Below, in pieces: positions 52,301 to 64,000 of a stretch of DNA of 64,000 nt (the first letter of the stretch is position 1; the number at the start of each line of letters is the position of its first letter). The stretch is taken from the NCBI GenBank assembly GCA_965235115.1, contig OZ249447.1:10168001-10232000 (forward strand). Reading direction: 5' to 3'. The DNA comes from Laetmonice hystrix. Lineage: Eukaryota. The translations under genes and the position numbers were made by a program. Below the pieces are notes generated by a model. That model saw nothing but the letters and a program-made list of their open reading frames with translations. It made no database searches and was not told the DNA's origin.

Positions 52301-53148
52301 TTAGACGCATTTGCCCCTTACATGACTTCGGTTACACACAGACGACATGTCAATAGGATTTCCGTGAAACCGTCCCTGAAAAGTGCCTCTTTGCTGATGT
52401 TGATTGGCTGAGACGTGGAGGGCTTGGGTTTAGAAGCCACAGTTCTCTAGATCAGTTATAATTACGGCTCCGTACGTGACAGGGACGCCTTAAGCCGATG
52501 ATGGATGCCGTCCCATCAAAGTAACGTGAAAGCCGAAAACTGGCTGCGTGTAGAGGGCAGCACTGCAGCCATCAATACCAATCAGTGTGGGATCAGTGGG
52601 GAAGTGGACTCAACAGTTAGATGGACTCACTGAGTCGGCCTCACCCACCACTCCCAACCTAGCTCTCTCTCTACTCCATCCCAGTCTCCTACTTCTAATC
52701 CGTAAAGCCTGGGTGCCCAGTCTTAACCGTTTCTGCTTCATTTATGACAGTCACGCCAACCCCTTTATGTCGGACATGTTTGTCGATGGAAATATGGTTA
52801 GGTGGATTAGGGAGGGGGTCCGGGGGCCGGGGGTATGACCCCCAGGCAGTACCGGCTGGACGTAATGACATCAGGCCTGATCTGTAGCGCCCCTAGCGGT
52901 GGTCACTAAGAGCAGCGCGGCATGCACGTAAACAGATTTGACACTGTGACCTTCCGGCCACCAGGCGGAGCCACCAGCGGCGGTGTAGAATGTTAAACCG
53001 ACAGGTCACAGACCGGTATATCATGGTATTCGTATGAAAAGTTCCTTTAGGGCCTGATGATTAAATACTAACTTATCCATGTGCCTCTCCATGTGATCAC
53101 TGAGCGTTCGTGCGGCAGGATCAGGGGCATCACGTGGTTCATTAACCC

Positions 53149-53162
53149 GCACCAGAGGGCGC
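53149..53162 (+). promoter_or_regulatory. CTCF-like site
   Basis: GCACCAGAGGGCGC, one mismatch to the core consensus. Confidence 0.35.
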
Positions 53163-56100
53163 TAAGAACGGGAAGAGTTTATCAATGAACGCCAGTCCAA
53201 TGATGACCAGAACTCCGTCTGGCTGGACAATTATACGATTCCGTTCAAGATCTGACGATGATAATTCAGATCGTGTGATAAATGGGATGGCTAGATGAGT
53301 TTTATTTAGATTATAAAGCCCTACTTCGGTTAATATAACCCCTGGACAAATTCTTCAATCTCTTCAATAAACTTTTTTTCCAGTGACCTACAGGTGAACG
53401 GTATGTTAATATTTATCGTGCGAGCCTTCAGTATAACAACGTGTGTTGAACACTACCGTCTCGTATTATTCTATTTGGACCATTAACAGGCCGACCCCGG
53501 GAATTCCCTAGCCTCGCCTGTTTTACGGTAACCCAAACCTAATAGCACATGTTCATGGCCATCAGCGAATGTTGAATCTTGTAGCACAGGGTTCCCATGT
53601 CACACGGTCTCCATGTAAACATTGCTGACTTGCAAACACTCCTGGAAATCCTCACCTTCTGAAACGTCCTTCAATGACATTCACCTCTCCATTTCTGGGT
53701 CAGAGTTGCATATGAGGTGAACATCCACTAATGGGAGGACGGTATAATATGCTGCGTGTTTCTCTCCAAGGTATAAGCTTCTGAATATAATAAAATAAAA
53801 TGTTCAATATCATGTCCATTACGGAGATATTGCAGTAACGTGATAACCCATGGGTCCCTGCCAATACAACGTCGCACTTGTACAGCATAGTTCCCTGGAC
53901 ACACTTAATCATCTTTGCGATGTTGGCCCTAGAAGCTTCAAATTGATGGTTTATTTTTATCCTAGTTATATTATATCGTTTTCATTGAGAGATTGTTAAC
54001 AGAAAGTTTATGAGTTTTTGCTTATTCGCCACTCAACCTTATATAGTCAAGAATATTTGATTAAGATTACGAAAACAACTGACTCACTGGAACTTGATGC
54101 CGGGAAAATACGACCCTTCAAACACAATGCATGTTCTATCTACAGCTTCTATATCCAAGAACATAATTATATCATGTGGTAAATTCAGCAATAATTTATG
54201 TTCATTTGCCTATCTCAAACGCCCACTCAAAATGTTGGATTGAAATATGTCCAGGCATGACCTTATCTTAATGGGTGCCAAATCCCTATAACTATTGTAA
54301 CTTCCAAGGAGTCCCTGATGTCCGATAACCTGACCATAATGACTCCCGTGTAAAGAAACGAAGGAGAGCCTGTAAAATGAAGAGGTATCCGCAGAGACTG
54401 TCCTCAAACCCTGCTACTGGTGTGCCGGTCCCAGTGTAGTCCTATCCGCCCAACCATCTTCTCCCGGAATGCGTGTAATCTACTTCTAGACTCTGTCCTT
54501 CTCCTCCTTGTCTTGGAGACCCAAGATTTACGGGCCTTGTGTGTGTTGCTAACCACTTCCTAAGTCCAATTTGTCAGCTAGTATCTGAGGCTAGACACTG
54601 ACAAGATTTGTTGTTGGACAGGCTGTAGGGGGTGCACTGGAGTAATAGTACCGAACCAGTGAGTGCCTATAACAGTATAGAGACAACAGCCCGACCTGCG
54701 CCATCTGTTATTGTCGGTAGACAGTCTGGCTCAGTCTCATGGTGGGATTATCTATAATGTTCTCCTAAATACAACCATAATCGGGGTCTTTACCCTTGTA
54801 GTGATATAGGGCTAAGGGAAATGTTGGGATTGTAAAGTGTTATGAGTGTCCAACAGCTAGGAGTAGCATTGGCACCGGAACGGGGGGCAAGGGGGGGGGG
54901 GGCAAGGCTCAACCTGAAGGGGCTTATCTTTCTGCCCGCTTGATGCGACCCCTTGTGGACGTTTCCCCCGTGTGTGATATCATCCGCCGCCTGTGGGTAG
55001 GGGACAATCGCTTCTCTGAAGGAGATCGCACCACCACGCTATGGACCTGAGTCTGGAGACGATATTTTCACAAGGAATGTAAAATCTGGATGGACACAGC
55101 GGAAGTTCTGTAACTGTATTAAGGGATAATTCGGTCAGGTTCCAGCGCTGGTTCATGTCGTAAGACAACAATGACTGGTCTGTAAATCCTGCTACTATTA
55201 TAAATCTTATTAACCACATTCATCCCTAATGACCTGTTAGTGACTCTCACTTAGCAGTTGCCTGCTTAAGACCCCATCACGCCCCTAGTCTGCTATACCG
55301 AGGGTCACCTAATGTGACATAACATTGGGCACTGGGGCTGCAAAAGAGCCGAATAATGTGTCCCTCTGGCGGTCAGTGAAGGGAAGGAGCAGAGCGAGCT
55401 CCAGAGAGCTGGATTATGGCCACCATTCAGACTCCCAACCCACTAATGCACCGTGAAAGCAACGAGCCATTGGAGCAATCCGCCCCACTTCCGCCGCGGC
55501 CACTCCCCCTTGAAATACCTGTCCATTTAGCAATCTGGCTGAACCTCTGAGGCACCGACAAGACGCCCAACTCTTGCTTCATCACCATGGTAACAAATCC
55601 ACAAAATTTGGTTCTAAGAGCTAACAATATCCCACTGTTCCTAGCCCCAAACTTAACACAAACCCCTACTCCAGTTGGCCAGACCTCAGCACAAATCTCA
55701 TCCCAGATTTCTTGCCATGTCGCCAAGCATCACCCCTACCCCAAACTTCGTGGTAATGGCGCCATGGGGAAATAACCCAATTTATAGTGTGGGTCGCCGT
55801 GCTGGTCAGCTTCATACACTTGAGGTGACCCGGCCTGTGGTCAACCGGTACCTGCTGAGTGCTCCACAAGGTGGACTGTATGCATCCTTTGTCTTTATCA
55901 CTGTAATGGGAGAGTCCACACAGTCAGTCTAAATTAAAACCGACGTCTTTAATGATATCTTCAGCAACAAAAATAAATTTGCGCTGTCTGTGTAAGCATT
56001 ACAATTAATCTGAGAAGTTTCAATTTTCACTTTGACACTCTGTATTTTCTGACGGTTCTGATAAAATGGCATGGCGTGATACTTAATACAAACGATTAAT

Positions 56101-56934
56101 ATTAAGACATGTATTAATGTATGGATTTCAACATCACCATCTTCAAGCGGGAGTAATTTAAATTTGCACATTCACTGCACAGATAAAGTAACTATAATGC
56201 AGGTAGTTTTAGAATAATTATACTTCTAAAGTTTTACTACATGTCTTTGGATTGGTTTCTTTGATCAGTGATTCAGACAATTTTATCGCACATTAACAAC
56301 CATGCCTTTCTAGAATGTATTAACCTTCTAAAGGGAAGTATAGGCTCAGAGCTGAAATTACCAGTTCAAACCTTCGGTTGCCTGCATTTTCTTCTCTCTG
56401 GTCCTATAACTTTAAACGGGAAACACATATAATGAACACTCCCGTTTAACGGGAGACACAGATAATGAACACTCCCGTGTGGGTTTTCTATTACTTTCTT
56501 GGTTTTTACATAGATGCAGACACGTGTTATTCATAGAAATTTAGTGTTTAATGACTACCTGACCCCACTAGTGTACATTATTTGTTGCAGAAATATTAAA
56601 AAGTGCACTTATTCTTGAGTACTTCTATTCGAATGAAATTCGTGCAGACATTTTCCTGAGAGGACAATCTTTTGGTGCCAGTTGGTGCAACAGGTAAGAA
56701 ATCATAATCATTGTCTCGGTGAAATTCACTTTTTTTATCGTCGACACGTGTGATGTTGGATTCTGGGAGCTACAGAATCTACTCGAGAATACATGTATGT
56801 AGTTTCAAAGGCAGTATAGTCTGGTTGGTGGTGATGTGATTAACCGGGTTCACCGCTCCACCACCCCGGCCACTGTTTGAGGAGAGTCAGTGATCACCAC
56901 ACGTTGACAGCAGGCGGGCAGACCGCTCCGTGGC

Positions 56935-57011
56935 CGTTGCATAAATTCCCGCTCGCTAAAATTGCCATTGAAATTCAATGGCAATTTTAGTGAACGGGAA
57001 TTTACGCAACG
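56935..57011. mobile_element. 77-bp near-perfect palindrome (foldback/collapsed MITE-like)
   Basis: 38-bp arms with 3 transition mismatches around a single A at 56973. Confidence 0.6.
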
Positions 57012-57182
57012 TCCTAGCGGTAGTGGCGGTGGTGGTGGTGGTGAGGGCGAGTCGGGACGCTGGACCTTATCGGACACAGTCCCTATCGGGGGCGGTCGTC
57101 CGACCTCCGGGCCGCCCCTCTGACAGTGTCCGACCCCACCTCCCGCCGGTTTGGCAGGATCAAATCACTACCCTAACTTTTC

Positions 57183-57480
57183 GCTCTAGAGTGATATCAT
57201 CCTAGGATCACAACACTATGGACTGCTCTAGTCCTAGGTTCAGAACACTCTAGAGTGATTTAGTCCTAGGTTCAGAACACTCTAGGGTGATTTTGTCCTA
57301 GGTTTAGAACACTCTAGGGTGATTTTGTCCTAGGTTCAGAACACTCTAGGGTGATTTTGTCCTAGGTTCAGAACACTGTAGAGTGATTTCATCCTAGGTT
57401 CAGAACACTGTAGAGTGATTTTGTCCTAGGTTCAGAACACTCTAGGGTGATTTTATCCTATAGGTTCAGAGCACTCTTGG
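57183..57480. repeat. 32-bp minisatellite, ~9 copies
   Basis: TCCTAGGTTCAGAACACTCTAGGGTGATTTTG repeated. Confidence 0.93.
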
Positions 57481-58304
57481 GGTAAATCACAGCACCACTA
57501 ACCAGCTTTGAAACTGTATTTCCGAGTAGGGGAAGGTTTATATGTCACCTTTGATACCTTTTCACTGAATAGCAAGATGTAAATCAATCATGGTGACGTC
57601 TCACTAAATGCGGCTTAAACAATCAAAGATTAACTATGACACATATCTGCACCGTTTCTCCATCCTCACACATTCGGCAGTGCCATAATAGAACCAAATT
57701 TTACCAATATTATGCACCCACCACCCACAACACCCACCCACAACACCCACTCACCCACACACTCTCCCTCAAGGCCGCACCGTGTCCCCCAGTTGAAGCC
57801 CATTACGTTCCGGGTCCATATGGACCCTCGTGCCTCCTCCAGTACCCCACCAGCCCTATTTACTTTCCATGAAGTTGACGGTGGGCTCTTGTGTTTCGCC
57901 AACATGTTAATATGATGATCATCTCGCCCCCTTACTCCAATGGTGACTCATCTATACGACAGCCTACAGATCCCAGCTCAAGCTCTCTCTCTCTCTCTGC
58001 CAGCACGTCCATTTCTCAGACTCTAATAGAATAAAGTCAGAGCTAGCCTCCTCAAGCCAATCAACTGCCTCTGACCTATATTGTGGGGTAAGCCCACAAT
58101 GACAGATGTCTCATGCGATGTGGCCATTACTTCTGCTTGCAGGATCTCAACGCTTGATAAATATTCATTATGCCATATGGCCCCGAATCATTCCATGGAC
58201 AGTCCATATATACACTCTACAAATCTGAGAGTCCTGCTGCATCACAAAGCAGGACTTGAAAATGGAGGGGACATTCCACTTCAGGACTTCTCGGGTTCTG
58301 GATG

Positions 58305-59130
58305 GTGCAGTACAAGTGAATGACCCTAACTCACAGTATTCCATATACTACTCTCTGAGTGAGGGGCCTGCACATTGGGTGCTGCATGCAGTACAAGTAC
58401 ACCGCCCTAACTCACAGTATTCCATATACAATGTACTATACTCTCTGAGTGAGGGGCCTGCACATTGGGTGCTGCAGTACAAGTACACCGCCCTAACTCA
58501 CAGTATTCCATATACAATGTACTATACTCTCTGAGTGAGGGGCCTGCACATTGGGTGCTGCATGCAGTACAAGTACACCGCCCTAACTCACAGTATTCCA
58601 TATACAATGTACTATACTCTCTGAGTGAGGGGCCTGCATATTGGGTGCTGCATGCAGTACAAGTACACCGCCCTAACTCACAGTATTCCATACTCTGAGT
58701 GAGGGGCCTGCACATTGGGTGCTGCAGTACAAGTACACCGCCCTAACTCACAGTGTTCCATACTCTGAGTGAGGGGCCTGCACATTGGGTGCTGCATGCA
58801 GTACAAGTTGGCCTACACCGCCCTATTATAACTCACAGCTGCAGTATTCCATATACTACCCTCTGAGTGAGGGGCCTGCACATTGGGTGCTGCAGTACAA
58901 GTTGGCCTACACCGCCCTATTATAACTCACAGTATTCCATATACTACTCTCTGAGTGAGGGGCCTGCACATTGGGTGCTGCATGCAGTACAAGTACACCG
59001 CCCTAACTCACAGTATTCCATACTCTGAGTGAGGGGCCTGCACATTGGGTGCTGCATGCAGTACAAGTTGGCCTACGCCGCCCTATTATAACTCACAGTA
59101 TTCCATATACTACTCATACTAGTGAAGGGC
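58305..59130. repeat. ~70-90-bp modular tandem repeat, ~10 copies
   Basis: CTCTGAGTGAGGGGCCTGCACATTGGGTGCTG(CATG)CAGTACAAG...CCGCCCTA...ACTCACAGTATTCCATA with optional modules. Confidence 0.93.
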
Positions 59131-60594
59131 CTGCACAGCCAGGACCCTGAACTAATGGCTGACGGTTCACCCGAGGGGTATGTGTCCTCAAGCTCGGCAA
59201 TGTCCACTACTGAAGTTAATGGGTAATGTACGAACAAAAACATCAACCAGCACACACTCTTGTTTTCAATAGTGGATTTGTATAGTTAGACGTTGGTCAA
59301 GTGAGGTGGCACATGAATATAATTTATCAGAGAATTTTCCACTCCAACACCGACAGCAACCAACTCCTCCGTTTTACGAATAATATTAGGAACTAGAAGT
59401 AATTAAATCCTGTCTGTCTGTTTGTCTGTCTGTCTATTCGGCTTCCTGCCTTAAGATCGTCCAATGTAATAACCCGAACGTGATACTGCCATATACTTCT
59501 TTCTGTCATGATTTTATCAGTGAAAGAAATAACGTCTTTTAGAATTGCCACCCCGCAGACAGTGAAGGTTACAGAGTGTAAAGGTAAAGTTTTCCCATCG
59601 CAAGTTATCGCCCGCGTTCATTTCAACCGTTCTCAGATAGCACGTGTCGTAAAGGGATCCGCCCACATAATGCCAATACTTTGTACATCGCTAAACTATG
59701 GTAGTTATATTAACAGTTACTGTTAAAATTCTTCTAAAGGCGACAATTATCAACTCTATAACTATACCTTGGGGATCTGCATGCAGCAGGGTGGGGAGCA
59801 GGAGTCCGCGAAAATTTAACAAATGGTTGATTTTCAGCCTAAAACCTTGAGTCCAAAGGCATTTGTTTCCTCAAGCAAGTTTAAACACGTAGGTTGGGAA
59901 CTTTTGTTTGGCGATGACTCAACCCCAGGGTTTGAAATCTGGGGGTTGTTGCTGTGTGAAAGGGCTCAATTTTCAGTGTATTCTGTCAGGATCCTGTCTG
60001 AGCCCCACATTCTGTCCACAATCTAACCAAATCTCTGGCCGTCCCTCCGTGTTTGCATTTTTCAGCTGTTTAACCCCGGTCCACACTTCAGCCGCGCAGG
60101 CCCTGTCATTTCCAGGGCCCTGAGCTGGAGGCGCCATCCCGCCTCCCACCAACTGTGTCATGTAACGTGGTCACTCGGCTCCACATGAAAAGACCGGCAA
60201 AATACAAGTAGCTAAAAGTGGTCAAATTAGGCAGCCACTGTGGGTATGGAGTCTTGACGGACCTCTATTATCCGACTATTCTCCAGGCCGAGTCTCTCCC
60301 GGGGGAAAATCACCCTAGCAAAACGGCACCATCCTGGCGGCCAGCTTCTGAACTTGATTTCTGATGTCAAGCTATTGACCAACACGGTGCCCTTGAAATG
60401 CGATCTAAGAACCTTTTAATACGCAGTAAAAAGTCTCTGCTGTGGTGGGGTCTCTTATATTGCACTCATGGGTTCATAATTATATTGTATGATTTAAATC
60501 TTAAATGTCCGTCAGTACTGAGACTCGGACACATCCCCCGACTCATCCCCCCCATTCAGTCCGTTCACACTGTCACTTGGCACTATCGTCAAGT

Positions 60595-61005
60595 GTAAGC
60601 ATCAACACACATGCCAGATCTACGACTGCAGGATCTACACGTATAGGAATCAACACACATGCATGCAGATACATGAATGCAGGATCTACACAGAGGAATC
60701 AACACCCATGCCAGATCTACGACTGCAGGATCTACACGTATAGGAATCAACACATGCCAGATGTACCAATGCAGGATTTACGTATAGGAATCAACACCTA
60801 TGCCAGGTCTATGACTGCAGAATCTACAATGCAGGATATACACGTATAGGAATCCACACCCATGCCAGATGTGTGAATGCAGGATCGACACAGAGGAATC
60901 ATCACCCATGCCAGGTCTGTGAATGCAGGATCTACACGTATAGAAATCAACACACATGACAGATCTACGAATGCAAGATATCCACATAGGAATCAACACC
61001 CATGC
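60595..61005. repeat. Degenerate ~45-50-bp tandem repeat
   Basis: Recurrent GCAGGATCTACACGTATAGGAATCAACAC...CATGCCAG. Confidence 0.85.
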
Positions 61006-63546
61006 TCTGTGAATCAAAACGCCCCACTCTCCAAAAGCCTGTCACAACCCAGCTTGCTGCAGGGGAGTTCATTCGAATACGGTGTGCGTAAGGAATATTT
61101 GCCCAACAAATTGCTAACTTAATCACTTTCTTCCAATGTTTTCAGATCACCTTATACTGCTCTGTTTCATCCGTGCCTCCCTAAATATTGTCACTCTTGC
61201 TCCATAAACAGCCCACTGTATACCGTACGATTCTGAACCACATGTGAATGATAGCTTAATTGGTTCGGTAATGTTTTTTGTATATCCTAAAGAAAGTTTC
61301 TCTCATCCCTTTCCGTATTTCGGATATGTATTACAGATTAAAGCAGTGGCGACCATACACTCTTTTACTGGGGACTTAATTGAATCGGAAAAGAAATGCC
61401 ATCCAATCTGCAACTTGTACGAATTGGAGAAATCTTAAAGAAGTGCATTTCTTTGTTTGTGATACAATTGCCAGAGAATGTGATCAGATGGCAGCCCATG
61501 TCACCAATACAAAATAGTATCTTTTAGAAGTATATCCCACTGTGTATAGCCATAAAAGGTTCAGAATCACTGAATGTACATACTACTCGCCCTCCGGCCT
61601 GTAGACCTATACCTTGTGGTAAATCTATGTGGAGGGAATCACTTGCCGCTATGATACGGACGATATAAGCGAATATCAATCATTTGTCACGACATATCTT
61701 TTTTCTCTATATGTCACTCCAGGGCCACTAAGGAGACTTAGCTTAATTTACTGCGGACCTGCTTTGCTCGAATCGTAGAGCGTGGTTTCACTCACTGCAC
61801 CATATCAATGTCTGGGATATTGCGGCAGTTCCGGCTAATCTGGTTACTTAGTGGCTGTAACAGAGAGTCAGTTTCAAACTGCTCCGCCAACATTTCTATA
61901 GGATCTATACTACCACATTATATTTTCCCCTCGTGTTTACTATATCACAGCCTCATGGCATGGAAATATTCATTTAAAAAATTAACATGCTAAACAAATG
62001 CCATTCCATGTTTTTTAATTGAGATTTTGAAGGCATGTTCATTAATGACGTAATAAGTAAATGAATTACGCATTGCACATCCATGCCTCTCATGCGCACG
62101 AGACTTGATAATGAAATTCCATCATATTGACAATACGCATGCTCCGGCATGAAGAGGTGATCATATTCCAATTGTGGTTGGCTGCTCCTCATCTCAACGT
62201 GTCCGGGGCCCAGCTGCCGACCGAGACGCCCCCTACCGAGGACGCTGAGGCCGCATACATTGACGTGGTTACACTGCATGCTGGGCCAATGGAAACCGTC
62301 ATTATATTGAAATGTTACTGGCGAGAGCCCCGTATGGTGAAAACTAATGTACATAGTGATAACGTCAAGTCATAGTCACTTCACTTTAATAGTAGCATAT
62401 CTTCATGGAGAACGTCGTACAACGTGGAAAAAATGCTGTTGATAGCACAGCCTAAAAAAGGTATAGCTAATAGTTCGACGCCAGTCAGGGACATTATACT
62501 TTTTCTTCCCTTGATCTTGAGAGGATTTTCATGACTTGGATTTAATTCACAAGTTCGAGTGCATTCAGTCCCTTTCAATGCTGCAAAAGATTTCTTTGCA
62601 CCGTAAAAGGTAAAAGGTAAAAGTTTGCATTTTCTTAAAACTAGCAATGCAAGTTTAAATCCGAATCATCATTTACTCAGGGTTAATCCATCGTTATACA
62701 TGTGTATCATAGATACATGTGTATCATAGATACATGTGTATCATATAGAACAATTTCCCATGCATGGCTTTGTTGATCAAACGTTGCAACAAACAGACTT
62801 TTTTATCTTTTATTAATCTATACTCTTTGCACTTTGGGGTTAAAGTATCACGTTTCTTAAAAGATTAAATGTGCAATATCAAAGATAATTTTGGAAGATT
62901 CCTTACATCTTAGCTAGTGGATACCCAGTCGCTCAACAATGGCAGCTGATTACGTATAGGAGTTTCGTTTGCTAAGAAATAACAACTCCATCCGTTTTCG
63001 TTGTGTTCCGTGGCGGTCGCTACCCCATTATACGTGCCCAAAACATAAAGTTATCATACCTCGGGATGAGTTTATTGTATCCATTATTTGTGACTGCTAG
63101 ACGATGATGTCCTCCCTCCCCACGCCCCCTGCTGCGTCCCAGCCACCCACCGCTTACTGACTACTAATGACTACAACAAGATGAATGGTAATCGACTGTG
63201 ACATTGGGTAATCACCACCTGTAGCGAGGGAAGTATATGTTAATGTAACTGCACACGGAGAAATCACACAGAAGTAAAGAGATACACGCCACTCTTTGCG
63301 TGTGTTGTGATACTCCATATAGAGAGACATTTTTGTATTTGAGGAAAGAACTATAGGAAGGTGCTTGTAAGCAATGTATTTACTCGTATCCAACAAGTCG
63401 GCCGCTTACAGTGTCACTTGCAATGGTATATTCCCAACCCCTCCTATTAATCATATCGTAATACCCTTTCAGGTGCTCCACCCTTCCCACACACACTAAT
63501 GACGGCGACACTCAGCGACCGTTCTGTGAACGAATTCACCCCAAGT

Positions 63547-64000
63547 ACAGACGTAACAAGCTGGTCCCTCACAAATAATCAAGATGTCTTAGGTAGGCTG
63601 ACATACTGCACGGTACGTGTCAGCCGGTACTGTGCTAACCCACCGTGAACGGACAGATCAACCTGTCACCATATCATACCTGTAGACGTAACAAGCTGGT
63701 CCCTCACAAATAATCAAGATGTCTTAGGTAGGCTGACATACTGCACGGTACGTGTCAGCCGGTACTGTGCTAACCCACCGTGAACGGACAGATCAACCTG
63801 TCACCATATCATACCTGTAGACGTAACAAGCTGGTCCCTCACAAATAATCAAGATGTCTTAGGTAGGCTGACATACTGCACGGTACGTGTCAGCCGGTAC
63901 TGTGCTAACCCACCGTGAACGGACAGATCAACCTGTCACCATATCATACCTGTAGACGTAACAAGCTGGTCCCTCACAAATAATCAAGATGTCTTAGGTA
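63547..64000. repeat. 135-bp tandem repeat, >3 near-identical copies (truncated by window end)
   Basis: AGACGTAACAAGCTGG at 63549, 63684, 63819 and 63954. Confidence 0.96.

Noticed and set aside
1-64000. CRISPR-like appearance of the many regular arrays
   Set aside because: The monomers are contiguous with no unique spacers, there are no cas genes, and the context is eukaryotic.
1-64000. Many array monomers contain a 6-bp palindrome (CTCGAG, GGATCC, GTCGAC, CTGCAG, GGTACC, CCTAGG, CCATGG)
   Set aside because: About half of random 40-60-bp monomers would contain one, so the apparent excess is not convincing without a statistical test.

Overview
Gene-poor, repeat-rich animal genomic DNA. It looks like a bilaterian invertebrate, but the taxon cannot be fixed from sequence alone; there is one 218-N assembly gap. 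About 11 kb (my rough tally) is taken up by some 20 mutually unrelated tandem arrays with 22-258 bp monomers, plus microsatellites. Mobile DNA includes a ~2.9 kb Helentron-associated (HINE-like) element carrying two different satellites, an internally deleted Tc1/mariner element that keeps its transposase C-terminus, several short MITEs/foldbacks and a probable LINE relic. The only convincing protein gene is an intronless minus-strand ORF (47007->46276, 243 aa) with a TATA box, a signal peptide, an RGRR furin-type site and TGF-beta-prodomain-like motifs. Its TAA stop is followed in the same frame by 95 more open codons that resemble a degenerate TGF-beta/Nodal-like ligand domain. This is the most interesting feature: it could be a prodomain-only gene with a fossil ligand, a cryptic short intron, or readthrough. 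I found no rRNA, tRNA or CRISPR. Most long ORFs in the track are artefacts of the tandem repeats. All family assignments are by eye; no database search was run.
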